64,000 nt of DNA, taken from positions 512,001 through 576,000 of the forward strand of contig CBDDDZ010000003.1 of the NCBI GenBank assembly GCA_965226795.1. The letters run 5' to 3'. Positions 52,697-61,736 of the stretch are shown piece by piece. Position numbers and translations under genes: made by a program. Position 1 is the stretch's first letter. Each line of letters opens with the position of its first letter. The stretch is from Candidatus Latescibacterota bacterium (GTDB lineage Bacteria > Latescibacterota > UBA2968 > GCA-2709665). The notes beneath the pieces were generated by a model. It made no database searches. It saw only the letters and a list, made by a program, of their open reading frames with translations, and was not told the origin of the DNA.

Positions 52697-52749
52697 ACTA
52701 GTGACCGCAGTAAGCGATGTGAGATACTGATCACCTGCCATAGAGGACA

Positions 52750-53595
52750 CTAATTGGCCACGAAGTGCCGGAAGAGCGGCTTCACTTCCTCCGGAAGCCC
52801 CTCGTACACGTCGCGGCGCAGGGGCTCCATCTCGTAGTTCTTCCCGCCGGTCTCCACCACCATCATGTCGTGCTCCGGCGTGCCTACGTGCGTCGGATTC
52901 AGGTTCAGCCACCAGGGAGCGTAGCGCACGATCAGGGCCACCCGGGGGCTGCCGCTCCGGTTGGGGGCAACCGCGTGCCACTGCCGGCTGTCGTAGAGCA
53001 GCACCGATCCCGCCCTGCCCTCGGTGTTGATCTCGGCCGGCTGGGGTGCCTCGTTGTCGAAGCCGGGGAGGTCTCCCGTCGCCGGGTTGTGGTCCTTCCG
53101 GTGCGTGCCCGGCAACAGCAGCGTCCCTCCGTTGGCGGCGGAGAAATCGGTCAGCATCCACAGCGACGACGCGTGCATCATCACGTTCGGGTAGGGGGCG
53201 GCGACATTGGAGGCGTTCGTCTGGTTGAACGGCCAGTCCGCGTGCCAGTAGCCGCGCTCGTTCCCCGGGTGGTTCACCACGGCGTCGGTGCAGGAGATCC
53301 GCAGCCAGGGACCGAAGAAGATCTCGAGGGCCCCGACGATCCGCCGGTCGGCCAGGTACGGCGCGAACGACTGGTCGTGGTTGATCGCCTGCTTGAGTAC
53401 GCCGACGCCGCGGGCTCCGATTCGGTGGCCCCTTGCTCGAGTCACCCTTTCCCTGGCCTGGTGGGCGGCGTCGGTGGCGGCCTGCGCCCGCACGACGCGC
53501 TCGCGGATCCTGCCCACTTCCCCTGAGGGGATGACGTCCTCGACGATGCAGTAGCCGTTTTCCCTGATATGGTGCGCTATTTCAGCTGGTTCCAT
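52750..53595 (-). CDS. PhyH-family dioxygenase (canonical HxD)
   Basis: WHADWP, NGGTLLLPGTH, YDSRQWH. Confidence 0.9.
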   Translation of the reverse strand: MEPAEIAHHIRENGYCIVEDVIPSGEVGRIRERVVRAQAATDAAHQARERVTRARGHRIGARGVGVLKQAINHDQSFAPYLADRRIVGALEIFFGPWLRISCTDAVVNHPGNERGYWHADWPFNQTNASNVAAPYPNVMMHASSLWMLTDFSAANGGTLLLPGTHRKDHNPATGDLPGFDNEAPQPAEINTEGRAGSVLLYDSRQWHAVAPNRSGSPRVALIVRYAPWWLNLNPTHVGTPEHDMMVVETGGKNYEMEPLRRDVYEGLPEEVKPLFRHFVAN

Positions 53596-53746
53596 GTCGT
53601 TGTCCTTTGCCCGGGTGCCGGTTCGGTTGTCCGGACCGGAAGGAATGGCAGGGAGCAGCTCCCTGCCAAGGTGGATGGTCCAGGGTGACCGTCGTCGGTA
53701 CTTCCCGGATCGCCTTGGTCCAGCTACATATGTACTAACCGTTGTA

Positions 53747-54817
53747 CTAACCGTAGACCGCCTGAATCATGGCATTGATGTAGCCGAAGCAGTACGCGTA
53801 GGACTGATAGGAGCGCATCGGATCGTCGTCAGTCCACGGAACGTGGTCCGGATCGATGCCGTAACAGTAGCCCGTGTCCTTCAGGGCCCTTAATACCCGG
53901 TGGAAGTCCATATCTCCTTCGTCGGGCAGAGACTCGCGGAAGCTGTAACGCCCGCCGAGTATGTTTCGATAGTGAACCAGGAAGATCGTGTTACGGCTGC
54001 CAAAGTATTCGATGGTGGGGTAGATTTCAGTGGCCGGATCTTCCAGCCCTTCAGCGATGGAGCCGACGCAGAAGTTCCAGCCGTGATACGGACTGCGCTG
54101 AATCTCGATGAAACGCTTCATGCCCTCAAAGTCGTTGAGGACTTTGTCAACGCCCATATAACCGGGGGGTGTGGCAGGGTCTTCCTGGGAATTGCCCATC
54201 CGAACCTTGAATTCTTCCGCCACCGGAATCATGCGTTCGAGCAGATAATCAATTCGTTCCCAGTGCATGTCCGCCGTGACGCGTCCGGCATCAGTCAGCC
54301 TGGCCTGTTCTTCTGCCGGGATCTTCTCCACGCGGAACGCGGTGTGGTAGAAGCCGCCGCGGCCTTCCTCCGGTTCCGTACGGTCGATGGGAAGGACGCA
54401 AGTGTTATAGCGCAGAGAATCGATGCCGGCCCGCGAAGCGGTCCGGATCATTTCGCATACGAGGTCGATTTCCCGGTCGCGCTCCGGGCTTTTGCCGAAA
54501 TAGATGATGTTGGGAAATCTCTCGTATATGGGCAGCGAGCTCATATCCAGTGTTATCCCGAAGGCCTCGTGGCGCTCTCGTACCTGGACCAGTTCCTCGA
54601 GGTCCCAGCCCCTGCCGGGGTGGAACGGAAAGACAACGGCCTTGTGGCGCACGCCGCAGCGCTGCAGAAAACGCAACTCCGCATCGGTTGACCCGAAACT
54701 CTGTGTGCGCACGTACATACGCCCGCCGTTCGACGATGACTGTGACGCGCCTCCGGTGGCGGAAGCGGCCGCCTCACCGGCTGCGAGGCCTTGTTCAAAT
54801 GGATCGGATTTCGTCAT
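53747..54817 (-). CDS. uxuA: Mannonate dehydratase (UxuA)-like protein
   Basis: IPVAEEFKVRM, NFCVGS, VHYRN, DEGDMD, DPDHVP, AYCFGY. Confidence 0.8.
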   Translation of the reverse strand: MTKSDPFEQGLAAGEAAASATGGASQSSSNGGRMYVRTQSFGSTDAELRFLQRCGVRHKAVVFPFHPGRGWDLEELVQVRERHEAFGITLDMSSLPIYERFPNIIYFGKSPERDREIDLVCEMIRTASRAGIDSLRYNTCVLPIDRTEPEEGRGGFYHTAFRVEKIPAEEQARLTDAGRVTADMHWERIDYLLERMIPVAEEFKVRMGNSQEDPATPPGYMGVDKVLNDFEGMKRFIEIQRSPYHGWNFCVGSIAEGLEDPATEIYPTIEYFGSRNTIFLVHYRNILGGRYSFRESLPDEGDMDFHRVLRALKDTGYCYGIDPDHVPWTDDDPMRSYQSYAYCFGYINAMIQAVYG

Positions 54818-55046
54818 TTGGTTCCTTTCGTTGGCATGGCTTCAATGTGGGAAGACAGACGACGTACACTGTCGTTATATGCGTTCGAAAACTATCGTGA
54901 GGTCGTCCTTCTCGGGTTATACAAAGTGTCTTACCGGGTAGACCGGAAGTGGACAATCACGCATTGGAACTGCGTTCCGGGCGGATGGTTATTGAATTCG
55001 GAGCGGCATAGAATCTCCCCCACCACCTAACGTCCCCTATTCCCTT

Positions 55047-55255
55047 GCCCTTTTTCTTGCATCGCCCAAGAAAAAGGGCGAAAAAGAAGGGCGCCTGCCT
55101 GCCGAGCACGTCTCGGCGCAGGCAGGCCGCTCAGACGCCGCGGGGCTGCTTTTCCGCGAATCGCCTCAGTGGTTCACACGTACGGAAATGCCCTGCAAAT
55201 TCCAGCGGTTTACAAATGCCAAGGTGCTGGACGGAAAAACGCGGAAAAACCCCCC
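55047..55255 (-). repeat. Structured dispersed element copy A7
   Basis: Same architecture, 81-nt loop, insert with one substitution. Confidence 0.9.
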
Positions 55256-55355
55256 ACGTCCCCATTGGGTGGCCGAGAGCCAAAACTGAGAGGCCACAAG
55301 GCGGGCGGTTCGCGAACCGCCCCTACAACAATGTGACATCCGCGATATTGACATC

Positions 55356-55500
55356 GCGGCGACTTTTGGTTCCTTTTGGTCGCTTCAAAAGGAACTTGCC
55401 GAAGGCAGGGAATTTGGGGTGATGTTGAATTTGGTTTAGACTTTTGATTCCTTAACGCGCCCCTAGGCGCGGGGCCGGTTTTTCCGCGAACTGCCTCAGA
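55356..55500. repeat. Partial element copies (B pseudoknot 55356-55415; A fragment 55466-55500)
   Basis: GCGGCGACTTTTGGTTCCTTTTGGTCGCTTCAAAAGGAAC and GGCGCGGGGCCGGTTTTTCCGCGAA. Confidence 0.8.
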
Positions 55501-55546
55501 GGCAAATATAAAATGCACACTACTTAAGGTGTTTACGCTTCCCTCA

Positions 55547-55888
55547 TTATCGTGCATCCGTCTCCAAGACATCGGCGAGTGTTTCAGTCGCCCACTGATT
55601 GATACTCTTTCCGCTGACTTCAGCCGCCGTGGCAATCGCTGCGTGAACCTCTGGTGGAATCCGCAACATCAGATTGCCGGAATATGGCTTTTGAGGGGAC
55701 CTGTTGAGCTTTTCACAGGTTTCAAGATAGTCGTCAACCGATTCTTCAAAAGCATCACGCAGTTGTTCGACTGATTCGCCGTGAAAGCCTACCACATCAT
55801 TGATCCCTGCAATATGACCAACGAAGCAGCCGTCTTCATGGCTATAGTCGATTCGAGCCGCATATCCTCTATGGGTCATTGTGTTCAT
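55547..55888 (-). CDS. hicB: HicB-family antitoxin with RHH domain
   Basis: GY.ARI.YS.ED..FVG.I.GI.D, SVDDYLE, YSGNLMLRIPPEVH. Confidence 0.92.
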   Translation of the reverse strand: MNTMTHRGYAARIDYSHEDGCFVGHIAGINDVVGFHGESVEQLRDAFEESVDDYLETCEKLNRSPQKPYSGNLMLRIPPEVHAAIATAAEVSGKSINQWATETLADVLETDAR

Positions 55889-56139
55889 GGGGTTACTCCT
55901 GCCTGTTGTAGAAAATGTCTCGCATCACGCACTTGATAGGGCTTTGCGTCTTTCTGAGGGTGGGGACGGTGAAAGGTGGCGACAACATCATTCAGCTCAA
56001 ACCGCACCCGTGAACCTCTGCCTTCAATTGGTTTAGCTCCGATTGCGTTGAAAAGGGCTTCAATCCGTCTCCATTCCAGTCCGGTAGGAACCGGCGTTTT
56101 GAAAATGTCAACTAAAGTGTTTCGGTGCCGTCTATTCAT
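55885..56139 (-). CDS. hicA: HicA-family toxin (HicA3-like)
   Basis: WRRIEALF, GRGSRVRF, FHRPHP, YQVR. Confidence 0.92.
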   Translation of the reverse strand: MNRRHRNTLVDIFKTPVPTGLEWRRIEALFNAIGAKPIEGRGSRVRFELNDVVATFHRPHPQKDAKPYQVRDARHFLQQAGVTP

Positions 56140-56146
56140 AAATAAA

Positions 56147-56167
56147 TGATATCACAAAATGATATCA
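56147..56167. promoter_or_regulatory. Putative HicB operator: two TGATATCA palindromes
   Basis: TGATATCA at 56147 and 56160, immediately upstream of hicA. Confidence 0.6.
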
Positions 56168-56267
56168 TTAGCAAGGAATATGTTGGGGTATCAAATAACG
56201 CATGAGTGTGTTGGTCATCGTATCAACGAGTGAAAACAACGGCAGGAGCGGGCGCACCTGGGTGTGC

Positions 56268-57092
56268 TTAACCGTACGCGCCTTTTTCGTGCCTGCCGAA
56301 GAGGCGCTGTAGGCGGGGACTGGCGTCCTGCCAGACGTGGTCGGGCATGCGGTAGTCGATGAACGGATAGAGGCGCTGGGCGATCATCCGCTGGCTGTAG
56401 ACAATGGAACCCACGTACCGGACCTGGTCGGAGTTGTTGCGCGATCCACAGTGCCAGACCTGGTTGTGGAACATGTACAGGTCGCCCGGGTTCGCGACAA
56501 GAGATACCGGCTGCCGGCCTTCGAAGGTCGGATTCTCGCGATCGTTCGGATTTCGGCCCGCAAAGTGGCTGCCGGGGACGACCCGGGTGACGCCGTATTC
56601 GATGGAATCGGCCCTGCTGAGCGGGATCATCACGTTGATCACGAAACAGGGGATGGGGATATCCGGGTTGTGCCGTGGGACGCCGTCGGGAAGCGGAAAC
56701 TGAACCTTATCGTCCACGTGCCAGCCGCCGCCCTGGCCGGGTTCGTAACGCAGGGCGTTCTGGGACATCATGTGGCAATCGTCGCCGAGGATAGCCTCCG
56801 TCAGGCTGACGATGGGTTCGCGTTCGATAAGGTCCCGGTAGTTGCGGTCATACTCATACATGCGCATCATGCTAATTCCCCGGATGTGGTCGCCCGCCTC
56901 GTCCGCCTGAATCCGGGGGTCGTTCCACTTGCGCTCCATGCCCTCCCTCAGTGCGTCCACTTCCTCGGAGGTGAGCACGTTTTCCAGGAAACAATAGCCG
57001 TCCCGGTTGAACTGTTCCACGATTTTCCGTGTGGTTTCCTCTTCGAAGGGCTGCGCGTTTTTTACGATAACGCTGCTGTCTCGGGTATGCAT
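56268..57092 (-). CDS. PhyH-family dioxygenase (canonical HxD)
   Basis: WHVDD, TRVVPGSH, FHNQVWH; start re-called to MHTRD with GAGGAG RBS. Confidence 0.9.
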   Translation of the reverse strand: MHTRDSSVIVKNAQPFEEETTRKIVEQFNRDGYCFLENVLTSEEVDALREGMERKWNDPRIQADEAGDHIRGISMMRMYEYDRNYRDLIEREPIVSLTEAILGDDCHMMSQNALRYEPGQGGGWHVDDKVQFPLPDGVPRHNPDIPIPCFVINVMIPLSRADSIEYGVTRVVPGSHFAGRNPNDRENPTFEGRQPVSLVANPGDLYMFHNQVWHCGSRNNSDQVRYVGSIVYSQRMIAQRLYPFIDYRMPDHVWQDASPRLQRLFGRHEKGAYG

Positions 57093-57314
57093 CGGGATCT
57101 CCTCAATTGTGTGGTCTGGCGAAAAATATAGGGATCTGCCAGCGAGGAGACAATTGATTTGAAGGGAGGCGCACAACGCCATTTTTCTTTGACTTCCGGG
57201 GGAAACTGTGCCATCATGCAATCGTCGCCGCCCGTCGCGGCGCCGGAATGCTGAAAGAGCGGCAAACGGGGTTGATCCGCGACACCCGGGCCCACATTCC
57301 AGATGGAGGAATCC

Positions 57315-58364
57315 ATGGCTGTAACTGCTCAGGATTTACAGGCTGCCATCGAGCGGTTTCCGAGGACGTCTCTGGCCGAACTTCCCACGCCGTTGCACGA
57401 TTGTCCGCGTTTATCGGAAGCGTTGGGAGGTCAGGTTCGGGTGATGGTGAAGCGAGATGATTTGACAGGTCTGGCATTCGGAGGGAACAAGACGCGCAAG
57501 TTCGATCTCGCCCTGGGAGACGCGCTGGCGCAGGGGGCGACGGCGGTGGTGACGGGCGCGGCCTCCCAGTCGAACCACGCGCGGCAGGCGGCTGCTGCGG
57601 CCGCGAAACTGGGGATGAAGTGCGTACTGGTGAACCGTCACGATCATCGAAGCCTGATGGGTATCCAGGGAAATCAACTCCTTGACAATATCCTCGGCGC
57701 GGACGTCAGGCTGGTCGCCGATGGCGTAAGCCAGGAAGAGGTAAAGCGCAAAGTGCTGGACGAATTGCGGGCGCAGGGGGAGAAGCCCTATCTCATCGGG
57801 CGGCGGGCGGTGGTGCTGGGTACGGTGGCGTACGTAGGCTGCGTGCTGGAGATTGCGGCGCAACTCGAGGCCATGGACGCACGCACGGATTTTATCTGTA
57901 CGGCGTCCGGGCATGGAACGCACGCGGGGTTGGCATTAGGGGTGAAGGCGCTGGGAATGCCGGTTCGCGCACAGGGATTCTCGCCCAGCAGGGGAAACGA
58001 GACGCAGCGGAAGGCGCAACTTGCGGAAGTTGCCAACGAGGCGGCGGCGCTTCTGGAACTGGATATTCTAATGACTGCCGGTGAAATGGAGAATACGGAC
58101 GCCTACGTGGGCGAGAACTATGGGATTGTGACCGAAGCAGGCCTGGACGCGTTGCACCTGCTGGCGCGGACGGAGGGGATTCTGCTGGATCCGGTGTATA
58201 CGGGCAAGGCCATGTCCGGCGTGATCGATAGAATCCGGACGGGAGAAATTCCGAAGGGATCGACGGTTGTATACGTGCATACCGGAGGGAACCCGGCGCT
58301 GTTCGCCTATGCGCCCGAACTCATTTCCCACGGCGATTTTCGCCAGAACATTGTAAGTCGGTAA
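57315..58364 (+). CDS. D-cysteine desulfhydrase / ACC deaminase family PLP enzyme
   Basis: KRDDLTG..FGGNKTRK, QSNH, LDPVYTGKA, HTGG. Confidence 0.92.
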   Translation: MAVTAQDLQAAIERFPRTSLAELPTPLHDCPRLSEALGGQVRVMVKRDDLTGLAFGGNKTRKFDLALGDALAQGATAVVTGAASQSNHARQAAAAAAKLGMKCVLVNRHDHRSLMGIQGNQLLDNILGADVRLVADGVSQEEVKRKVLDELRAQGEKPYLIGRRAVVLGTVAYVGCVLEIAAQLEAMDARTDFICTASGHGTHAGLALGVKALGMPVRAQGFSPSRGNETQRKAQLAEVANEAAALLELDILMTAGEMENTDAYVGENYGIVTEAGLDALHLLARTEGILLDPVYTGKAMSGVIDRIRTGEIPKGSTVVYVHTGGNPALFAYAPELISHGDFRQNIVSR

Positions 58365-58414
58365 GGCGCCTGTGACGTGGCAGGCGGCGGCCTCTCTCCC
58401 GAAGGAGGATTGAG

Positions 58415-59203
58415 ATGACGGACGATGAGAAATATCTGTTCGACTTGACCGGGTACCTGGTGCTCAGGGATGTCCTGACGCCGGAGGAGGTCGAGCGTTG
58501 CAATGCCGCGATCGACAAACACGTCGATCGGCTACAGGAGATGGAGCAGTCCATGGCGGTAGGATCGAAGGCGCTGGAAGGCACGTCCCACCGAAGGGAT
58601 CTGGGCGGTATGCTGGCCTGGGAACGTCCCTGGTGCGAGCCGTTCAGGGCGCTGCTGGTACACCCGCGGGTTGTCCCGTATCTGGAAGTCATTCTGGGGA
58701 AGGGGTTCCGCCTCGATCACGGCCCTGGGTTAATCGCGATGGACACGGGGTGCGAAGGGGGCACGTTGCACGGGGGTAGCGTGGAGCGCCCGGATCTGTC
58801 AGAGGCCTATTTCTTCAAGAACGGACGTATCTATTGCGGATTGACCGTCGTGGAATATCTATTGGCGGACGAGGGGCCGGGAGACGGGGGCGTGGCCGTC
58901 GTACCTGGCAGCCATAAGGCGAATCTGGCGTGTCCGCGCGAGATGAACCGGGGCGAGAAGTACCGGGAACACGTGGTGGAGGTGAACGGACGGGCGGGAG
59001 ACGTTGTGATCTTTACCGAGACCTTGACGCATGGGACGTTGCCGTGGGAGGCCGAACACCAGCGGCGGGCGCTGCTGTACAAGTTCAGTCCCGGATTCCA
59101 GGCGTATGGGACGGGCGCGCATACGGTAACGTATCCGGACTACATCATGGACATGACGGATGCGGAGCGGGCGGTGATGGAGCAGGCGCACATTCGAAAG
59201 TAG
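58415..59203 (+). CDS. PhyH-family protein with HGG in place of HxD
   Basis: YLFDLTGYLVLR, TLHGG, VPGSHKAN, LTHGT. Confidence 0.85.
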   Translation: MTDDEKYLFDLTGYLVLRDVLTPEEVERCNAAIDKHVDRLQEMEQSMAVGSKALEGTSHRRDLGGMLAWERPWCEPFRALLVHPRVVPYLEVILGKGFRLDHGPGLIAMDTGCEGGTLHGGSVERPDLSEAYFFKNGRIYCGLTVVEYLLADEGPGDGGVAVVPGSHKANLACPREMNRGEKYREHVVEVNGRAGDVVIFTETLTHGTLPWEAEHQRRALLYKFSPGFQAYGTGAHTVTYPDYIMDMTDAERAVMEQAHIRK

Positions 59204-59239
59204 TGACTTGAGCGAGGGTCCCCTGTCGGACGATAAGAC

Positions 59240-59555
59240 CCACCTGTGTGGATTGATGCGCTCAAGCGATGCCTTGAACAAAGGGTTGAAAGGGTGGAGC
59301 AGACATTCTTGTCTGCTCATAGACATCAAACCGAAACCTCAGGATCCTGTGACTGGGCACGCCACGACTCGCCGCCGTCTCCCCACTGGAAAGAAGGTGG
59401 TGCAAGCCTTTGTTCTGTCAGCATTCCGGAACAAGGACCTCTCCCCCCGGCCCCCTCTCCTGTGAGGAGAGGGGGAGTCGAACGAAGTGTTGCGTAAACA
59501 CGAGAAGGGCAGACAGGAATGTCTACCCCACCTTCACACACGCTTCCTCAATGGC
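59240..59555 (-). repeat. Composite REP-bounded element (homolog of 36958-37330) containing a CCCTCTCC hairpin/triplex-like motif
   Basis: GTGG palindromes at 59294 and 59507; CCCCCTCTCCTGTGAGGAGAGGGGG at ~59451. Confidence 0.8.
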
Positions 59556-59590
59556 TCGACAGGCGCAGGAGAGACGATTTTTAAGGAAGC

Positions 59591-60163
59591 GTGATGCCGA
59601 AATTTGGAGCGAGCGCGGTTGTCATTTCATCAGGAGAGGTGCTGCTGATCAAGAGAACAGACTGTGAAGCCTGGGCTGTGCCGGGCGGAAAGGTCGAGGC
59701 TGGAGAAACCGTGGCGGATACGGCCATCCGCGAGGTTCGAGAAGAAACCGGGATCGATATCGAGCTGACGAGACTGGTGGGGGTTTACTCGAGTCCGCGA
59801 TGGCATGCCGGCGGCAATCACACGATTCTCTTTGCGTCCGTATCTCGCAGCCAGGCGATTACGCCGCAACCGGAGGAAGTTGTCGACGCCGGTTTCTTTT
59901 CGCCTGCCCAACTGCCCGAGCCCTTTGTATGGTGGCATCGGCGGTGGATCCGGGACACCCTCGAGGGGGTCAGTGGAATGGCCTGCCTGCAGGATCGAAT
60001 CTGGCCGTGGGAAGCCGATGTCAGCCCGGGAGATCTGCACCGGATTTTCCAGGAATCCGGGATGTCGCCACAGGAGTTCTTTCAGAAGTATCTGACGCGG
60101 GCGGCGCCCGTCAGAGAGCGCATCGAGGTTGAACAGGCAATGGGGAACGCGGGTGGACCATGA
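59591..60163 (+). CDS. NUDIX hydrolase
   Basis: Nudix box GGKVEAGETVADTAIREVREETG. Confidence 0.92.
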   Translation: MMPKFGASAVVISSGEVLLIKRTDCEAWAVPGGKVEAGETVADTAIREVREETGIDIELTRLVGVYSSPRWHAGGNHTILFASVSRSQAITPQPEEVVDAGFFSPAQLPEPFVWWHRRWIRDTLEGVSGMACLQDRIWPWEADVSPGDLHRIFQESGMSPQEFFQKYLTRAAPVRERIEVEQAMGNAGGP

Positions 60164-61014
60164 TTGAAGCCGAGGGGTTGACCTACGCCTATCCGGGCGC
60201 GGATAATCAGGCGGTTCGGTCGGTTGACTTCAAGGTTGAGACGGGGGAAATCTTCGGTTTTCTCGGGCCCAACGGCGCGGGAAAGAGTACTGCCCAGAAA
60301 GTGCTGATCGGTCTGTTGCGGGAATATACCGGCCGGGTTCTGATCTTCGAGCGGGATCTCAGGAAGTGGGACAACAGCTACTACGAGAGGATCGGGGTTT
60401 CGTTCGAGGTTCCCAACCACTATCTGAAATTGACGGCGCTCGAGAATCTCCGGTATTTCCGTACGCTCTACGCCGGAGAAACAGAGGCGCCGCGGCGTCT
60501 TCTGGAACGGGTGGGGCTCGACCAGGACGGGGACAAACGTGTCGGACAGTTTTCCAGGGGCATGCGCGGGAGGTTGAACTTCGCGCGGTCGCTCTTGAAC
60601 AAACCGGAACTTCTCTTTCTGGATGAGCCCACGGCGGGTCTGGACCCCGTTAGCAGCCGCCGGATCCGGGATCTGATACGGGAGCAGCGCGAGGCGGGCG
60701 CCACGGTGTTCCTGACAACCCACAATATGGCCGTGGCCGATGAACTCTGCGATCGCGTGGCCTTTATCGTGGATGGCGGCATCCGGCTCGTCGACGCGCC
60801 GCGGGCGCTGAAGCTGCGGTACGGGAAGCGAACGCTGCGCGTGGAGTACGTCGCGGACGGCGGCCTCGAGCAGAAGGATTTTCCGCTGGACGGCCTCGCG
60901 GACCATGCGCAGTTCCAGGAAATTCTGCGACGCGCGTCCATTCAGACGATGCATACCCAGGAGACCACGCTGGAAGACATCTTCATTCAGGTGACCGGGA
61001 GGGCGTTAACGTGA
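60160..61014 (+). CDS. ABC exporter ATP-binding protein (Rv2688c-like)
   Basis: GPNGAGKST, FSRGMR, FLDEPT, LTTH. Confidence 0.93.
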   Translation: MIEAEGLTYAYPGADNQAVRSVDFKVETGEIFGFLGPNGAGKSTAQKVLIGLLREYTGRVLIFERDLRKWDNSYYERIGVSFEVPNHYLKLTALENLRYFRTLYAGETEAPRRLLERVGLDQDGDKRVGQFSRGMRGRLNFARSLLNKPELLFLDEPTAGLDPVSSRRIRDLIREQREAGATVFLTTHNMAVADELCDRVAFIVDGGIRLVDAPRALKLRYGKRTLRVEYVADGGLEQKDFPLDGLADHAQFQEILRRASIQTMHTQETTLEDIFIQVTGRALT

Positions 61015-61721
61015 AACGCCTGGTGTCGGTCTTTCGGTGGGACGTGACGTTGCAATACAGGTACAAATTCGTCGCTGTCAGCGTCGGCATGGTGTTGTTC
61101 TGGGGGATCCTGTTCAGCCTGATACCCGGTATCGGGCGCGTGGACGCCGGCGTCGTGGTGCCGGCTTTTTTCGTCATCAATCTGTACGTGACCACGTTTT
61201 ATTTCATCAGCGGCCTCGTGTTGTTCGAGAAAAGCGAAGGCGTCCTGACGATGTTGGCGGCAACGCCGCTCCGGGACGTGGAATATCTGCTCTCCAAGGT
61301 GGTGTCACTGACACTGCTCGCCCTTGTCGAGAGCCTGTTGATCGTCGTGGCTGTTCTGGGAACCGTCGGTGAGTGGGTGCCATTGGTGTCGGGCGCGTTC
61401 CTGTTGGGGGCGCTCTTCGCGCTGGCTGGATTTATCGTGGTTGTGCGCTATGATTCGATCAATGCGTTTCTTATTCCGTCCGTCCTCTACGTGACGGCGC
61501 TGCTGCTTCCGTTGCTGCCTCACTTCGGGCTCGCAGACAGAACGGTTTTCTACCTTCATCCCGCACAGCCGGCCCTGGTGTTGATGCGCGCGGCGTATAT
61601 GCCGAAGGGCGCCTGGGAGATGGTTTACGGGGTGGCGGCAGGTCTTGGATGGGTGGGTATCGGCTTTGTTGTTGCCCGGCGGCGGTTCTACAAATTCGCG
61701 ATCCGCGAAGCGGGCACATAG
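61011..61721 (+). CDS. ABC exporter permease (Rv2687c-like)
   Basis: Hydrophobic; LVLFEKSEG...TPL....YLLSK. Confidence 0.8.
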   Translation: MKRLVSVFRWDVTLQYRYKFVAVSVGMVLFWGILFSLIPGIGRVDAGVVVPAFFVINLYVTTFYFISGLVLFEKSEGVLTMLAATPLRDVEYLLSKVVSLTLLALVESLLIVVAVLGTVGEWVPLVSGAFLLGALFALAGFIVVVRYDSINAFLIPSVLYVTALLLPLLPHFGLADRTVFYLHPAQPALVLMRAAYMPKGAWEMVYGVAAGLGWVGIGFVVARRRFYKFAIREAGT

Positions 61722-61736
61722 CGGGAGCCTTGATTC

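Noticed and set aside
1046..55500. CRISPR array or integron attC interpretation of the dispersed repeats
   Set aside because: Copies are kilobases apart in both orientations, there is no tandem repeat-spacer array, no cas or intI gene, and no RYYYAAC/GTTRRRY ends.
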